Assembly: GCA_011109175.1 (NCBI GenBank)
Contig: RDEW01000001.1
Coordinates: 1,867,635 to 1,931,634 of the forward strand
Origin: Dicyema japonicum
Taxonomy: Eukaryota; Animalia; Dicyemida
Direction of reading: 5' to 3'
Length of the DNA: 64,000 nt
Shown: piece after piece, positions 11,466-25,096 of the stretch
How positions within the stretch are numbered: the first letter of the stretch is position 1
Layout of the letters: each line of letters starts with the position of its first letter
Translations under genes and position numbers: made by a program
The notes under the pieces: model-generated
What the model saw: only the letters and a program-made list of their open reading frames with translations
The model's database searches: none
Told to the model about the DNA's origin: nothing

Positions 11466-12009
11466 CCACAAACATAGCTATGGAGGATTACTTCGTCATA
11501 GACGCTCTGCTTTTTTGCGTTCGAACTAGGACAACCCTCCCGACCGTCCTAGATAAAGACCTAAGACCTTAAAGAAATCTAAAACCCTAATTTGTCTAAA
11601 CTGTTTAATCCCCCTTGTATTGTGATTTTGCAGTTCTTCGTCCACCAGATGCTTCTCCAGATTCAAAGGAGGAACACTGAGTTGTGGGCCATGCAGGGAA
11701 GTGTAAACTCGTTCTGGTATTTGCTGTTGGTGTTTTTAGAAAGAAATTCTAGAAGTCAGCAGTTCATTTGGTAATGGAAGAGAGTTGTTCAAATCATAAG
11801 TCAAATTAAAATATGAAATGCAAGCACATGAATTTGTGAGACTGTGTTTAGTTGATTTTCTTTCGTCAAAGCGTCAAATGGTCTATAATAATAATAACAG
11901 CCGTTTCACGAGAGCCATAATATTTATAGCTCCGCATAGGCAGGACACACTTTATTTAAGTAAAGAACAGTTAATTTTAACTAATCGTAGAACCAAGGAA
12001 TGATCTCAC

Positions 12010-12207
12010 TTTTTTTTTCTTTTTCTTGTGTGTGGGTTCTTTCTAGACAATCCAGTTCCGCAGTGAGTATCCACTGATGACGGCGTCACTCTTCAAACTT
12101 TTTTGGCATCGTAGATGCGTGGAACCTTCCACCAGGTGAACAGCAGCGAGAATCGAACCCGTAACCTAAGTCACTTTAGCCCGACACTTAACCACTATTG
12201 TAGGCTA
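12010..12207 (-). mobile_element. tRNA-derived SINE (or tRNA pseudogene) with A-rich tail
   Basis: Minus strand: A-box-like TAGCCTACAATAGTGGTTAAG, B-box GGTTCGATTCT, unrelated body, AAGAAAAAGAAAAAAAA tail. Confidence 0.65.
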
Positions 12208-13346
12208 ATGGTCTATATTAGGTTTTATTCAAAAAATCTAAGCTAAAGCTTTTTTTAAAAACAAATCACATTACAGAATAGCGAAACAGGTGGCTTAATG
12301 GTTAGGATGTCGTGTCAATAACAATGCTCCTTTGATTCTATCCCCCCACTGATTACTTGGTCAAGATTTCTTTTCTCCTCTATTGCATTAAAGGGAACTC
12401 AGATTTGAAAGCTCTAATTTTTGGTTAATTAGTTCCCTCACAAATCCAAGGTCACTAAAAGGTATTTGCAGCACCGAAACGTACTAAAACAATGAGTAGG
12501 TTCCAATGGAAAATAAACTCATAGAGCATCTTGGATTTTTATTGAGTTCCTTACATTTCAGAAGCAACCCTCTGAAAGGCGATTTAAAGTTATGCAGTCG
12601 CAACATTCATCCATTGCTTATCTTCCATAAAAACACTCAATATACTGTTATTAGGACATAATTTTGTAGAATGATTGATTCCCGCACACTCGTGAACCAT
12701 AAATGAAAGAAATTCCAGTACAGGTCTTACTTTTATTTGTTATCTCAGGGAATAATCCAAGTGTCTTAATAACTTTCATAAAGAAGAAGGTTCCTATAAG
12801 GCTTGACATCGAACTCGAAGGGTTCGAGGTAAATTCATTGACAGTAAATTAAAGGTTGGCAGGTTCCTAGATCGAAGAGGTCGATATTTTGATTTTTTAC
12901 ATAATCGTTAAATGTGATTCTGGAAATTTTTTTTTAATAATTTTTTTAACAATTAAAAAATGTCAGTTGAGGAAGCCTGCTGCGTGGATTCTGGAAATTA
13001 AATCCACGATAGGAACCACGTGGACAGGTTCGAAAATAGAAGAAATCGAAAAGTTCAATTCTCTGGAAAAATGTTAAATGAGATTTTTAAAGTTTAATTA
13101 ACGATATGAAACAAGTGGGTAGGTCTATTAATCAATGTGGTGTAAAAATGTGAACTGTCTTAAAAGTATCATCTGCATACCTAAATAAGAGATATTAGGA
13201 GGATCCACAACCCACCAACATTTAGAATTTTCTATAGTAGTGAAGTAGGTTTCCGTTATCTCGTCACAATGAGAGTTATCGATTTACATAGAACAGTATA
13301 ACTACTAGGAAACAGAAAAGCCACTCCCTGACGACTACCCACCTAT

Positions 13347-13430
13347 TATTATTACCCCCAGATCACCGGGTGAAAAAGAAAGTTCCTAACTAAGTGACCC
13401 CACACTGATATGAACGAGAATCCTGGGTAG
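13347..13430 (-). mobile_element. Vingi-like 3' end
   Basis: Minus strand GGGGTCACTTAGTT...GGTGATCTGGGGTAATAATAA; shares GATTCTCGT with the 48.6 kb copy. Confidence 0.7.
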
Positions 13431-13574
13431 TTTTCAAGAAAGGCTAGGATCATCCTCATTTAGGATGAAATTTATAAAAATATAAAATATTATTAAAATA
13501 TTAATCCTAAACAAATATTATATCGTCAACTACTATTACTATGACTAACATTCGAGGTCTCGTGGTCGGCTTTG

Positions 13575-14999
13575 ATGAAAAAAGAAATGGCAAGTTTATT
13601 ATCAGAAATTAAAGAAAATACAACAAATCAGAATATTCAGAAAACGGTTGATTTTCCTATAAAATTAGCAAGAAGTCGTCGATTTCGCTATGAAAAGTGA
13701 ATTCTACTTGAAATGTCGTCAAAAGAAATTAAATAACGAATTTCTGAAAATTTAAAGCACAGCGAATTTGATGAAAAGCTCAGCTACATCAAGGAGGCCC
13801 AAAAGATCTGGCTTAGAAAATAAATAATCTGCATCAACGGTCTCTCAACTTTCCACAATCTCAAATTGGCATCAAAACGGAGTCAGACTTCCTCGGAGAT
13901 GATTTCGCCACAAAGAAGCAATAATTTTGGATTGAACAGAAATGTTACTCCAATTTTTAGTTCTGATGACTTATTGAATACTATCGCTAAGATCAGTAAC
14001 CCAAATATAAAAAAGGACCTCCTCTTTTGAGTCGAATCTCCCCGTAGTCGTCAAGCTGAGTCTCAGGTGGACTCCTTTTGAGAAACTGAAGGATCTAGTT
14101 GAAATATTTGGGGACATCAATGGACAAGACGACAAATATGGTGAAATACTAAGTCGTCAAGACATCAAAGCGGCCACTGAGATATGCGCACGTGGGTGTC
14201 CTTTGGGAATGAGAGGGTCAATTTGGAAGTTGGCATTTGGAATATATCCAGAGGACAGGACAAAGTACTTCAGTGGACTGAAGGATCACTTTCTCAAATA
14301 TGAAATGCTGGTCGACTACGTGGTGGAAGATGACGTTGAACAAACTGTGACTAACGACGATCAGTATTTTTTACTTGAGGAGTTAGTTAGCCAAATATGC
14401 AGCTCTTTCATCAGAGATTAAGAAGTTACCGAAAGGATTGGATTGTTCAACGAGAATCAGTTCTTGAGATCAAAGAATTCCGTTGGAGATACTGTCGTGT
14501 ATCCCCCAAATGGGTATGTCCCCTACCATGCTTCAGTTACCTCATTGCCCCTTTCTGTTATCTCTACACCGATATTGAAGATATCTACTTTGTTTTTCGG
14601 GCATTTTTTGAGCGTCATTTTATATATTTGACCACAATATCCTCGCATAAGGAGTCGATCCTTTCACTCTGTGTACAATTTGAGCAACTTTTGATGGAAA
14701 AAGAGACGCACGTGTGCGCTCATATGAAGAAGATTGACATATATCCCCTCAATATCGCTTTTGGTTGGATTGTTAGCGCATTTTCGTGGTATTTGGCGAA
14801 TGAGGAACTACTTTTACTATGGGATCGAATCATTGGGACCCAATCGCTGACAATTCTTCCAGTTTTGTCTGTTGCTATCATTTCCTTTCGTCGGGATAAC
14901 GTATTGTGTGCTGAGTCCTCACAAGATATCGAAGCGATATTTTCGGATATAAAAAATATAAAAATTAATATTATTTTGAAGAAATTTATTTTTGAGTAA
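13575..14999 (+). pseudogene. TBC1D19: TBC1D19-like (Rab-GAP family) intronless pseudogene, probable retrocopy
   Basis: NDDQYF, YPPNGYVPYH, APFCYLY, LCVQFEQLL and LLLLWDRIIG match TBC1D19; in-frame stops at 13698, 13734, 13821 and 14419, two frameshifts (~14028, ~14530), no introns. Confidence 0.8.
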
Positions 15000-15328
15000 T
15001 TTTCTGATTATTAATATTAAATAATCTATTTTTATTATCTATAAGAACCATCAGACTACTAATATAGGGTTTCCTGAGCATTAACATCACTTTCCTGATC
15101 AATAGGTCATTTTCTACAAATTAACATGGGCTTTGAATAACGAAATTAAAAGCAGGGAGATTAAAGCAGAAAAATCGAGATGTAAGCACGTCCTCCTATG
15201 TTTGAACCGAAATAGATCCACTGCAGAAGTTTGGAAGACTAATCGATCCGTCTCAAGAGAGGATGAAAGATAATCTGAGGAGGATCACAGCCAAATGGAT
15301 TTGAATAACCTCATAAAATATTACATGA

Positions 15329-15680
<352 letters not shown>

Positions 15681-15689
15681 AGGAAAAAA

Positions 15690-17720
15690 TTTCACAATAT
15701 TTGATTCAAGAAAGAGGCTGTGATACTTCCCCCGGCACCAGACGTCTCGATTGCTACCTGTACAAAACGAAAGCAGTCTCCAATTTCGTCATATTTTTCA
15801 ATCTTGATTTTTTCGGCCAGATCGGCTGCCGATCCAGCAGACTGCGCCGACCTGAGTATCATCGAGTTCGTAAAAGAATCCACAACAGTGCAGTCCTATA
15901 CGAGCGATTTTCCTCAGTGAACGGAAAGATAATTAACCCATCCGGTCTTTTCCCATTTCAGCGGTCCAATCCCACGGGTCCAGTACTGCCGGGAAGCCTG
16001 CCGCTTCAAGAGCTCGCATGACAATGTTGTTCATAACAGCATGGCGGGGTGCTCTGCCCGCACTCCTTTTGCACGAGAGCGGATGCAGCCTTTGAATCGA
16101 CATCCCTCCACAACGACATTGGTGTTCGACGCAAACATCAACTCCTAGGCGTTGTGTGATCCTAATACAGTCATCATCCAAAAGGGTCCCCAGGGAGGAA
16201 CACGGTAGTGCATTTAGCAACGCTCCGCTCCCATAGTTGGCGGCGGACACGAGGCATGCAAGACGATGCTGGTTGGCCTCAGACTTTATCACTTCGAAAA
16301 TATTCGTGGAGTAGATTTCCTTCCAGTCACGTTGCCTCGAAGATCGTTCGGCGTATCCAAACCAGTTTCACACCATTCGCGACGAGCTTCGTCGAAGACT
16401 TTTTCCCAAAAAGTCCGGTTGGAAAACGTAAGATTTCTTGGACCAAAAGGCTTCCACTTAGAGCGATGACACATATGCTGGAAAGGCAATCTCCAGCGTC
16501 GACCTGAGACCCGTACCTCCGAGGCGTGCAGGAAGCTTGCATTGATTCCAACTCGGCACATCAAAGTGGATGTTTAGAAGCAATTCAGCTGATTTTCTCA
16601 ATGTCCTATCCAGTGACAGGAGGATGTCACGATGTTTGAAGCAGGGAGAACATCGGAGAGCATATAGGAGTTTGGGCAAGGCGATGCTATTCTTCAAGAG
16701 GAAGAACGCTGTAGAGTTTCTCCGTGACTCTAGAGAGTTCATCCTCTTTTGTTAGTAGATGGTTCCGCAGTTCCTTTTCGTCAAGTGGGCACCCAAGAAA
16801 GTATGTCCGCTCCCTGTACGACAGTAATTCCAGGTAGTAGCGAGTTGAAAGACTCGACCACGTTAATAAATTCACTATCCGAGTATGTGATGTTTACTAG
16901 CTCCGATTTCTTTATATTTATCTCAAGTCCGAGGTTTTGTAGTGCTGGCACGGGATGTGACAGAAGGTCATGAACTTTTATCCACGGCCCTCCAATCGTG
17001 ACGTCATCAAGATACCAGAGGTTTAGTTGTGTGTTGATAGAGTAAACAATTTCATCGATGGCCAGAGCGAAGAGAAATGGACCAAGTGGGTCCCCCTTTT
17101 GGACTCCAGTCTCCGAACAGATAATCTTGTCCCCGAAAACCAATGAAGAATTGGTTCCATGAGCAAGGTAGACAAGTGGAATAAGTTCCGGGGCTCGTTT
17201 GCTTGTAGTTTCGAAAATTTGATCCCTCCGCAGTGAATTGAAAGCATAGCAGATGTCCAGCTTGACCCCAATATGTGGGTTTTGTTTGTCTTTCTATTCA
17301 AAAAACACCTCGCAGCATGCAGTGCTGTCTCGCATCCGTTCATTACACCGACCCCCAGTTGGAGGAGGGAAAATTCTTCAGATATACTCGGACAGAAAAT
17401 ACTGCATGCGATTTTCTCTGTCAGTCTTCTGAAATAGTTGCCGACCGCGATGGGGCGGACCCCACTTTCGGGTTTTTTGAAGGCCAGTAGATGTGCACTG
17501 AAAAGAAGCTCCCTTGCGTGAGGAGAAATATCTCCGTTCAAAATACGCATAACCAGTTTTGTAATTGATTTGACAAGGTTGCAGCCAGCTTCTGCAGTAG
17601 CCCCCGCCGTAAGATCCTTGATGTGACCTGGCCGCAAGCAATCGAGACCTCCACTGCTACTCGCCGCATTTCGCCTTTGGTGACGGTCGTCCTTGACAAA
17701 TTTCCCGGAATTTTTTCTGA
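15690..17720 (-). mobile_element. CRE-like non-LTR retrotransposon (RT, CCHC, RLE), frameshifted
   Basis: GVRPIAVGNYFRRL, GVQKGDPLGP, WYLDDV, ALPKLLYALR, HQCRCG..HPLSC, RHAVMNNI and AIETSG motifs. Confidence 0.85.
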
Positions 17721-17777
17721 ATTTAAAATTATAGAAGAATCCTATTTTTAAATAAAAAAACTCCATACAAAATAATT

Positions 17778-18340
17778 ATGAGTCCTAGTTACGAGAAAAA
17801 GGTTGAAATTACTCGACTACTGAAAAATCATTCACACGAAACGAGAATGTGAAACGAGCATTGGCACAATAGCTCGAATAAATAACGATTATGCCGTAAA
17901 TAACCCGTGGGAACATTATTTTAAATTTTCAAACTCAAACAAAAACTGAAGATATTTTTAAAACTTTAGATAGTAAAATTCTCGACACTTTTCAACAATT
18001 ACTACTCCAAAATATTCAAGTTTCTGGCCCTTTTATTAAAAAATTGGTAATTTGCTTTTCATTACATCTTAAGGTATGAAAATTGCAAGTAAATTGAACT
18101 TCACAAGCTTTGAAGCATCGAATGGATGGCTAATGAATTTTAAATAAAAGACATGAACTCAAATTCAAAATCCTTACGGGCGAAGAAAAAACTCATGCAC
18201 TCGTGATGGAATTCAATCCTTTTTGAAAGTTTTTTATGATAAAATTGATGAAAATGGAAAAAAATAATATTTTCAATCTTGATGAAACTTGTCTTTTTAT
18301 AAAAACTATTTATGTGGAAATAGAATTGATGATTGTTTTT
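17778..18340 (+). mobile_element. pogo/Tigger transposase pseudogene (HTH to first D of the DDD domain)
   Basis: FEASNGWLMNFK*RHEL..LTGEE and IFNLDETCLF motifs. Confidence 0.75.
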
Positions 18341-18419
18341 CAATAATGATTTTTAAGAATTTCTTGCATTAATTAAATTATTAAATTTATATTGGTGTTA
18401 ATTTTTTGACAGAACCTTG

Positions 18420-19335
18420 GTTATGGAAACAAACTGAGGTCCGACTGTAGTACTTCATGATGTCATTGGGATTTGGATATGACTATCGATGTCCAATTAA
18501 ATGTTGAGAGTACATCTTGAGCCTCCTTATCGATTTTCATAATACCATGAGGGAAGTATTATTTGTAACTTTTCTGAAACGGCTCCCCAACGTTCTTTGT
18601 TGTGTCTTGTGATGTTCTGGGTGATTTCTTTGTTCAATTTTGATATCTTTTCAGTTACGTCCACTGATTGTTCTTCGAATTTCTTCAGATTATTTCTCGA
18701 TTGGATTAGAGATCTCGTTTCAGCATCAATTGGTGACGGTCGTTGAGGGCGACACATCGGAATGAATCTTCTGCGAGCTCGAATTATAATCTCGTTGAAG
18801 TTTTTGAGCTGAAGTCTTCTATCCAGAGGCTAGCTTGGTGAATTATGTGAAAGCGGGCCATATTGCCTTTGAGATGTTAACTTTGGTTCTCGGAGTGTTC
18901 ATTAACTTATGTTTATGCTGGATCCTCATAAAGATAGGGTTATGGTCATTATATAAGTCGTATATAACATCCCATGAAATGACAGCCGCAAGAGAAGGAG
19001 CGGCAAAAAAATGTCGGGTGAAGTAGGGGAGTCGCCTCCACGGAATGGGGTCCTTGTTTGTTTCCTCGGTTTATTGGGAATGATCAGGTCGTCAAAACTG
19101 TCGAATCTGAGTCCTCCCCGATGATCCGTTGTTGGTCAGCGTGAGAACTCTTTGCTTTTCGGTCACCGCCAATTAGCGTGTTTTCCAACAGGGTGAATCT
19201 CTTTAGTTCAGGCGGTAGCCGCTGGGGTATGACGGTGGAGGGCGTATGTAAATATTGACAACTGCCAACCGGAGAGAGGGTAGGCAGATTCTCAGAGTTA
19301 GTTGCTCCAGTGTGTCGTCTTGGCGGAAGGGGTCC
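18420..19335 (-). mobile_element. Vingi-like APE C-terminal and linker fragment
   Basis: LEQLTL...VVNIYIRPP, DFPY and MGCYIR segments, and a KLNKEITQNITRHNKERW coiled linker homologous to 20.8 kb. Confidence 0.6.
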
Positions 19336-20074
19336 GAGATGTCATCAAAAGTCTAGTCACTGATAAACGTTAATGTTTGTCAAAATCTTATTAACATTTT
19401 AGTAAAATTAAAAGTAAATAAAAAAATTCAAAAATATTAAAAATTAAAATCAATAAATTTTAGGCTGGCCTTATAGCGAATTGGCATCCATCGTTGTTGA
19501 TACTAACGTCGGAGACCATCGTCAGAGCTCCATCATATTTGCAGCAAAGGACGTTATCACGAGAATACATGGAAACAAACTTGTAGTACACTGAAGTGAC
19601 AGGAACTACAAAAAACATGGCCGATTGGGGGACCACCATTTCCGGCGCCTAAACATCACCTTAAGGTAAACAATCCACGTGACCCCGACGGTCATGTCCT
19701 CATTTACTGTTAGGTAGTTGAAGTTATTGTGAAACGAGTATATTTTGTTGTTTTTGACGACAGCCCAAACATCTATGTTTATGAAGCAATCTCACTAAAG
19801 TTGTCGCTTCCAGCATTGTTGGTGGAAACCTGCAACCGTCCATTAGGCCTAACCACTATCTCTAAATACTTTTCGGTGATCTTAGAAAGTATTTTGACCT
19901 TACTACTGTTTGAAAGGTGGTCCTGGCAAATATAAGTAAAATACATACAACAACCACGTTCCTTTTTTGGAAGCTAAACAAACTGGAAAAATAATCCATT
20001 ACAAACTTCAAATTTAAAGTATTTAAATTTAAAAATTATAAATAAAATTTTTTATAAAAAATAATTTTAATTTG

Positions 20075-20560
20075 TTGTATAAGCCGTGCCTGTTTGTTGT
20101 CGGGGGCGTCTTCCTATAGTAGTGCCTGGCTCAACGCCGTTCCCAATGGAGTTTTGGGTACCTTCATGGATAGTGAATGCGCCCGTATTGGGATCTCATT
20201 ACGACTGGAATTAAAAGTCTGTGTTCCACATTCATGTCGATGCGGATGCACCGACACGTTTGCCTCTTGCCAACCTACTCCAGAGTGCCTCTGGAGTTTG
20301 TTCTGCCCCTGAGAAGGTCGAGAAGATGAAACGGGAAAAGTACCCGGTTTTACCCGATGATTTTTTGTTTGTCCCACTCGTCGTTGAGACGTCTGGTTCT
20401 TTTGCGCTTACGACGCCGGAGTTCTTGGGTCGTCTAGAAAATCAGATCACACGATCAGGAGACCTCGTGAGCGCTGCTGGTTATTTGAGCGAATCTCCCT
20501 CGCCATCCTGAGAGGGAATAGCCACGCAGTCAGTGCAGCCGCTATATAACCATTTACTCT
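20075..20560 (+). mobile_element. CRE-like 3' fragment (RLE)
   Basis: SSAWLNAVPNGVLGTFMD..CARIGISLRL..HSCRCGC; KREKY..FVPLVVETSG. Confidence 0.75.
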
Positions 20561-20679
20561 CTTTTCTTTACAAAATAATAATTTAATCAAATTTGTTGTA
20601 TACGGAACATGATATTTTGTAATATATTTTATTGTAATTTTATAGCAACTAAAAGTTTTTTTAACTTTTAATTTTACCT

Positions 20680-22910
20680 CTCCAGACAAAGCCATTGCAC
20701 ACTTCAACTCAGCTATCCTTTCGGCGGATAGAAAGCACGTCCCTAAAGGATTCATCCATGATTACAACTATTTTTCAACAAAGAAATATTGGATCTCATC
20801 TGTGAGAGAAGACACCTAAAACGTTCCCGAACAACCAACCAGCAACTCCAAGATGAAATTTCTTCCCTAAACAAGAAGATAACCCACCTCATTACGGAGC
20901 TCAAAAAGGAGAAGTGGTCCACTTTCGTCTCTCGATTGAATCCAAAATCAAAACCCCAAAGTTTCTGGAGATTTATCAGAGAAATACAATCAAATCAAAC
21001 CGAATCGAGCACAACCCATGGAGGTAGACTTGGAAAGGACAACCAAACGAAAGATTTCCACTGCCAGGCAAATGACTTGATGACTCACTATTGCAAAATG
21101 AGTCATATTCCCAATGAATAAAGAAAAATCGACCTCATATTACTAAACCCCCAAGGGTAACAAAGGCACGATTCGAAGTATCAATAAGTCATGTTCAAAA
21201 CCTCATTACAAACTCAAGAAACTCACCAGCCACGGGACCCGATCGGATCAGCATATTCCACCTAAAGCACCTCGGTCCAAACGGGCTCTTGGCACTTAAA
21301 GATATCTACGAATTCTCCATCAACAGGTGTTTCATCCCGATGTTATGGAAGAAGTCGAACATTATCCCAATACTCAAGAACAACAAAGCCTCCTCCTTGC
21401 CCTCTTCGTTCAGGCCAATTTCCTTAACATCTGTTGTCTCAAAAATCCTCGAAAGGATCATTCTTAACGAAATCACCCCCTACCTCGACCTCTCCGACTC
21501 ACAACATGGTTTCCGTCCTTTACACTCGACCACCACGCACTTACTGACACTAACCCAATACATCTCCAACGGTTTCAACAACTGCAAACCCCCGGAACGA
21601 ACTGTCTTGGCCTCTATTGACCTAACTAAAGCTTTCGACAGAATCTCCCGTGTGGTCCTCTGCAACAAGATCTATTCTTCAAATATTCCCTCTGTATGGA
21701 AGTCATGGCTCACAAATTTCCTCTCGGGAAGACTGGGTCATACGTGTCTATATTCAAATCTATCAAGATATCGACTCCTACCAAACGGTGTTCCCCAGGG
21801 ATCAGTCCTTTCACCCTCACTTTTCAACCTTTACGTCAAAGACATCCCAACAACCCAAAATACGTTACTATTGACATATGCCGATGATCTAGTAATCGCA
21901 TCCAGGAGTGGCGATGTTCGACTGGCCACCGAAAAAGTGCAGTACCACCTGAACTTGCTATCCGACTGGATGAACTTAAACTGGATGAGTGTTTCCACCT
22001 CGAAGTCATCAGCTACCCTGTTCACAACCGATCGAAGACAATTCAACCTAAACCCCACACTCTCGTTGGGAGACGAACCACTCCCCTTAAATAAATACCC
22101 GAAGATCCTTGGAGTTGTCTTCGATCCTTCACTCTGTTTCAACAGACAAGTGGAGGAAGTAATGACAAAAGCCAAGCGGAAACTTAACATATTACGGGCA
22201 GTAGCTGGCCACTCAAACGGTCAGCAAAAAGAAAACTTAACTCTTCTCTACAAACAGTTCATCAGGACTACACTCAACTACGCCTCACCAAGTTGGGCCC
22301 CCTCAATCTCCTGTCTTTCTCAAGAACTGCAGAAAGTGCAAAACTCGGCGCTGAGAATAATAACTGGCTGCTTAAAGTCAACCCCCACCGACCATTTACA
22401 TTGGGAGTCGAAAATCCTCCCGCTCTATGACCACCTGGAAATGCGTAATTTACAATTCCTACGGCAGTCGTTCGACCCGAATCACCCAGTTCACGCTCTG
22501 CTAAGTAACAATAACCGCAGATACATACGCAGGACCCTCTTTGACCTACAAAGAGCCTTGTCGAAGATCACCCCCCTCAAGAAGACTCAACTTGGACCCG
22601 CCGAATCCATGATTTCATCTCAACACGGGCCATTAGGACACTTCAATATAACAAAGTCTTGGAGCGCTTCCCCCTGATATCAGTCCAACGGAACAATCGC
22701 TCCCGAGGAAGATCAGAATCGGACTGGCTCGCCTACGATGTGGACACCACCCTTTTCTGGCTGGCAGAGTAGTTCGGGACCTTTTTCCCTGCCCTTGACC
22801 ACCGGATGCAAAAGTCGAGGATCTCTGGGAGCGGCCTGTCCGGACTGCACGCTCTCTGATGGTCGCCGGCTTCCCACTTGCTGGCGAAGCCGGGGTTAAT
22901 AATTTAATTT
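20680..22910 (+). mobile_element. Vingi-like LINE, 5'-truncated and comparatively young, with a 462-aa RT ORF (21289-22677)
   Basis: Intact RT motifs (FRPISLTS, QHGFR, DLTKAFD, GVPQGSVLSP, YADD), no RNase H seen, C-terminal VEDLWERPV, ends GCCGGGGTTAATAA. Confidence 0.9.
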
Positions 22911-23199
22911 TAACTTTTAAGTCCTTTCATGTTGTGTTCTAACTTCCGCTGGATTATGTACCAATTTCTGGCTTCTTTTCCGCATGGTTGCTCGAATTTT
23001 TCTTCAGACTTTGGTTCATTCCACAATAATTATCGCATAAACTTGGTCAGCAATTTGTTTCATTTCCGCAGTATTTACCGACACTGTAACTGATTTATCG
23101 TTGCCGGAGCCACCCTTTAGATAGAACAGGCCACCGAAAATAATGAAATTGGCCCTGAAAATTCAGGCAGCCATCCTGTACGTTCACGCGCGGGCACGT

Positions 23200-23305
23200 A
23201 GGAAGAACACCGGACAAAGATGAGGTCTCTGTTAGAATGCATCGGGATTACGTGATAATTAGTTTGGTTTTACCGTGGTCTTGGGTTAAATAAAAAAAGA
23301 AAAGA
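23200..23305 (+). mobile_element. Vingi-like 3' end
   Basis: GGGATTAC(23244)/GTGGTCTT(23275) hairpin, GGGTTA, A tail. Confidence 0.7.
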
Positions 23306-23905
23306 AAGATTATTCAAGAAATTCGTGCAATTAACCCCGACTGGGAGGAAAAATTATTCGTTTTTGAAGACAATGGCAACGCACATTGCCTAATAAATCA
23401 TTCTTCAGAATATGATTCTTTAGTGAATCAAGAAAAATCAAATTTGCCGCGTTCAGCAAAAAGACTGTTAACATAAAATATCCTGGCCAATTTTCTTTCA
23501 ATTCAGGGGGGTATAACTTATTGTTGTACACGCAATGACAGTTTTTATTGAATCATTTATCATGGAAAAATCAAACTAAGAGGTGTTCACTAAAGCTTCC
23601 CGTTCCTATTTTCCCATCCGCACTTAACAAAGACCCAACTATGTCACATTCGAAACAACAAGCTATCAGTTTTGATAGAATGGTGGACGAGGCTTTTGAT
23701 TTTAATGAGGTTTAGTCTAATGATAAAAGTTATTCTTATAAGTGGACTCGGATTAGATGGATATTTTGTTTACTGTTGAATTTTATGTGAAATAATAGAT
23801 AAAATTTCCATAAAGTCAAAAATTCTCTTTAATGAACACTTCAATCATATTTTAATAAAATAAAATAAATTATTATTTGATTAAAAATTAGAATAATTTA
23901 AATTC

Positions 23906-24306
23906 ATGACAAAGTTGTTACATATGTTGCTCATAATAGTGTCCGAGATGAGTTAAAGTGGTGTCGGTACAAGATCCTAATTGGGAAGATAATCAAGAAA
24001 TTAGCTTCACTAAGAAAGTAAATTTTAAATTAAATTAGTTTTTACAAAATATTTCCCAAAAAATTAGTTAAACAAACATCAATAGTTTTGTGGATATTTG
24101 GATTTTACTATTCATATTATTACGAATTTCTCAGTGTTTTTGTTATCATGACATTAATTGCCCTGTGCTTTATAACCACGTGGGATCACCGTAGGACTGA
24201 CGGACTGAGTGCTTATTCCATCTTTAATCCAAACTGTGAGGCAATTCTCGGTTCGATGACGAGGGAAAGTATTGAAAGATCTACAGGTCAACGACCACTT
24301 TATTGA
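23906..24306 (+). CDS. SAYSD1: SAYSvFN-motif domain protein (SAYSD1), 3 exons
   Basis: MTNVRDELKW...; introns of 26 and 21 nt restore one frame; C-terminal GLSAYSIFNPNCEAILGSMT is the SAYSvFN signature after a TM segment. Confidence 0.85.
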
Positions 24307-24699
24307 TTATTATTAACCCAAAAACCTTTGATGAAAAAGTTTTAAATTTTAATTATATTTAATAAAAATTATTATTTAATTTCATTTGAAAAATAGAATT
24401 TGGGTCGATTCCCCCAACTGGCTACTTGATTGAAGGATCCTCGTTCTTAGCTCTGTTTCTTATCTTCAATGAGACTCCCAGTTCCTGGTCGTCATACAAT
24501 AAGGATTTTTCTTTACTCCATTAGGAGGTTTTCAGGATGGCCGATATGAATGGACATGAGATACTCACTCTGATCGTGATCTGAGATCTCTTAGTTGAGG
24601 ACTAGGCTGAACGCAACTTTGATATCTGTCGTGGGTACAAATCCAAAAAATCGACTTTTTCAACGAAGGTCAATTCTCGTCCTAGTGTCACGACATATT

Positions 24700-25096
24700 T
24701 GTTGAAAGGGATCTTTCTACCTTCTCCCTGACTAAATCCACCGTTAAGATTACTATTTAACTAGGTTTACTGGGTCAGTTGTTTATGAATTTTCGTCGCC
24801 GGGGCAGAGTAGGTTCAGAAAGGGACGCTCGACCTTAGATGCTGTTTAGTTCCACAAATGGATATGTGCCGTGCATACAGGAGTGATTTTAAGATTTTGG
24901 GAGTGGACATGTCCAGTGTTTTTGACACTGTCAACAGAAAAACATTGTTGGACGTTGCTGGAAGTTTTCTTGACGAGGATAACACAAGACTTGTCCGTTT
25001 CCTATTATCACTGAATTAACTGTACGAGTTGGTAACACAACATAGAAGCCTTTCGGGACAACAGTCGGAATACCTCAGGGAGACTCTCTATCTCCG
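24700..25096 (+). mobile_element. RTE RT fragment
   Basis: GRSTLD, GVDMSSVFDTVNR and GIPQGDSLSP motifs. Confidence 0.7.

Noticed and set aside
12480-12830. Second Merlin transposase fragment on minus (NHS...IE)
   Set aside because: Only two short motifs; within chance for this much sequence.
13575-14999. Stop-codon reassignment (TAA as sense) suggested by in-frame TAA/TGA in TBC1D19
   Set aside because: SRPK, KDM1A and GPKOW have no in-frame stops over well above 1000 codons, and KDM1A and GPKOW end in TAA; pseudogene decay explains it.
19610-19655. ACATGGC..CCAC..TTCC.GGCGCC as another ribozyme 5' half
   Set aside because: Needs two deletions to fit and has no adjacent leader, 2A or APE.
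23331-23700. Protein kinase gene from GKIGTGSFSE on minus
   Set aside because: No VAIK, HRD or DFG motifs follow and stops intervene; at most an unidentifiable relic.
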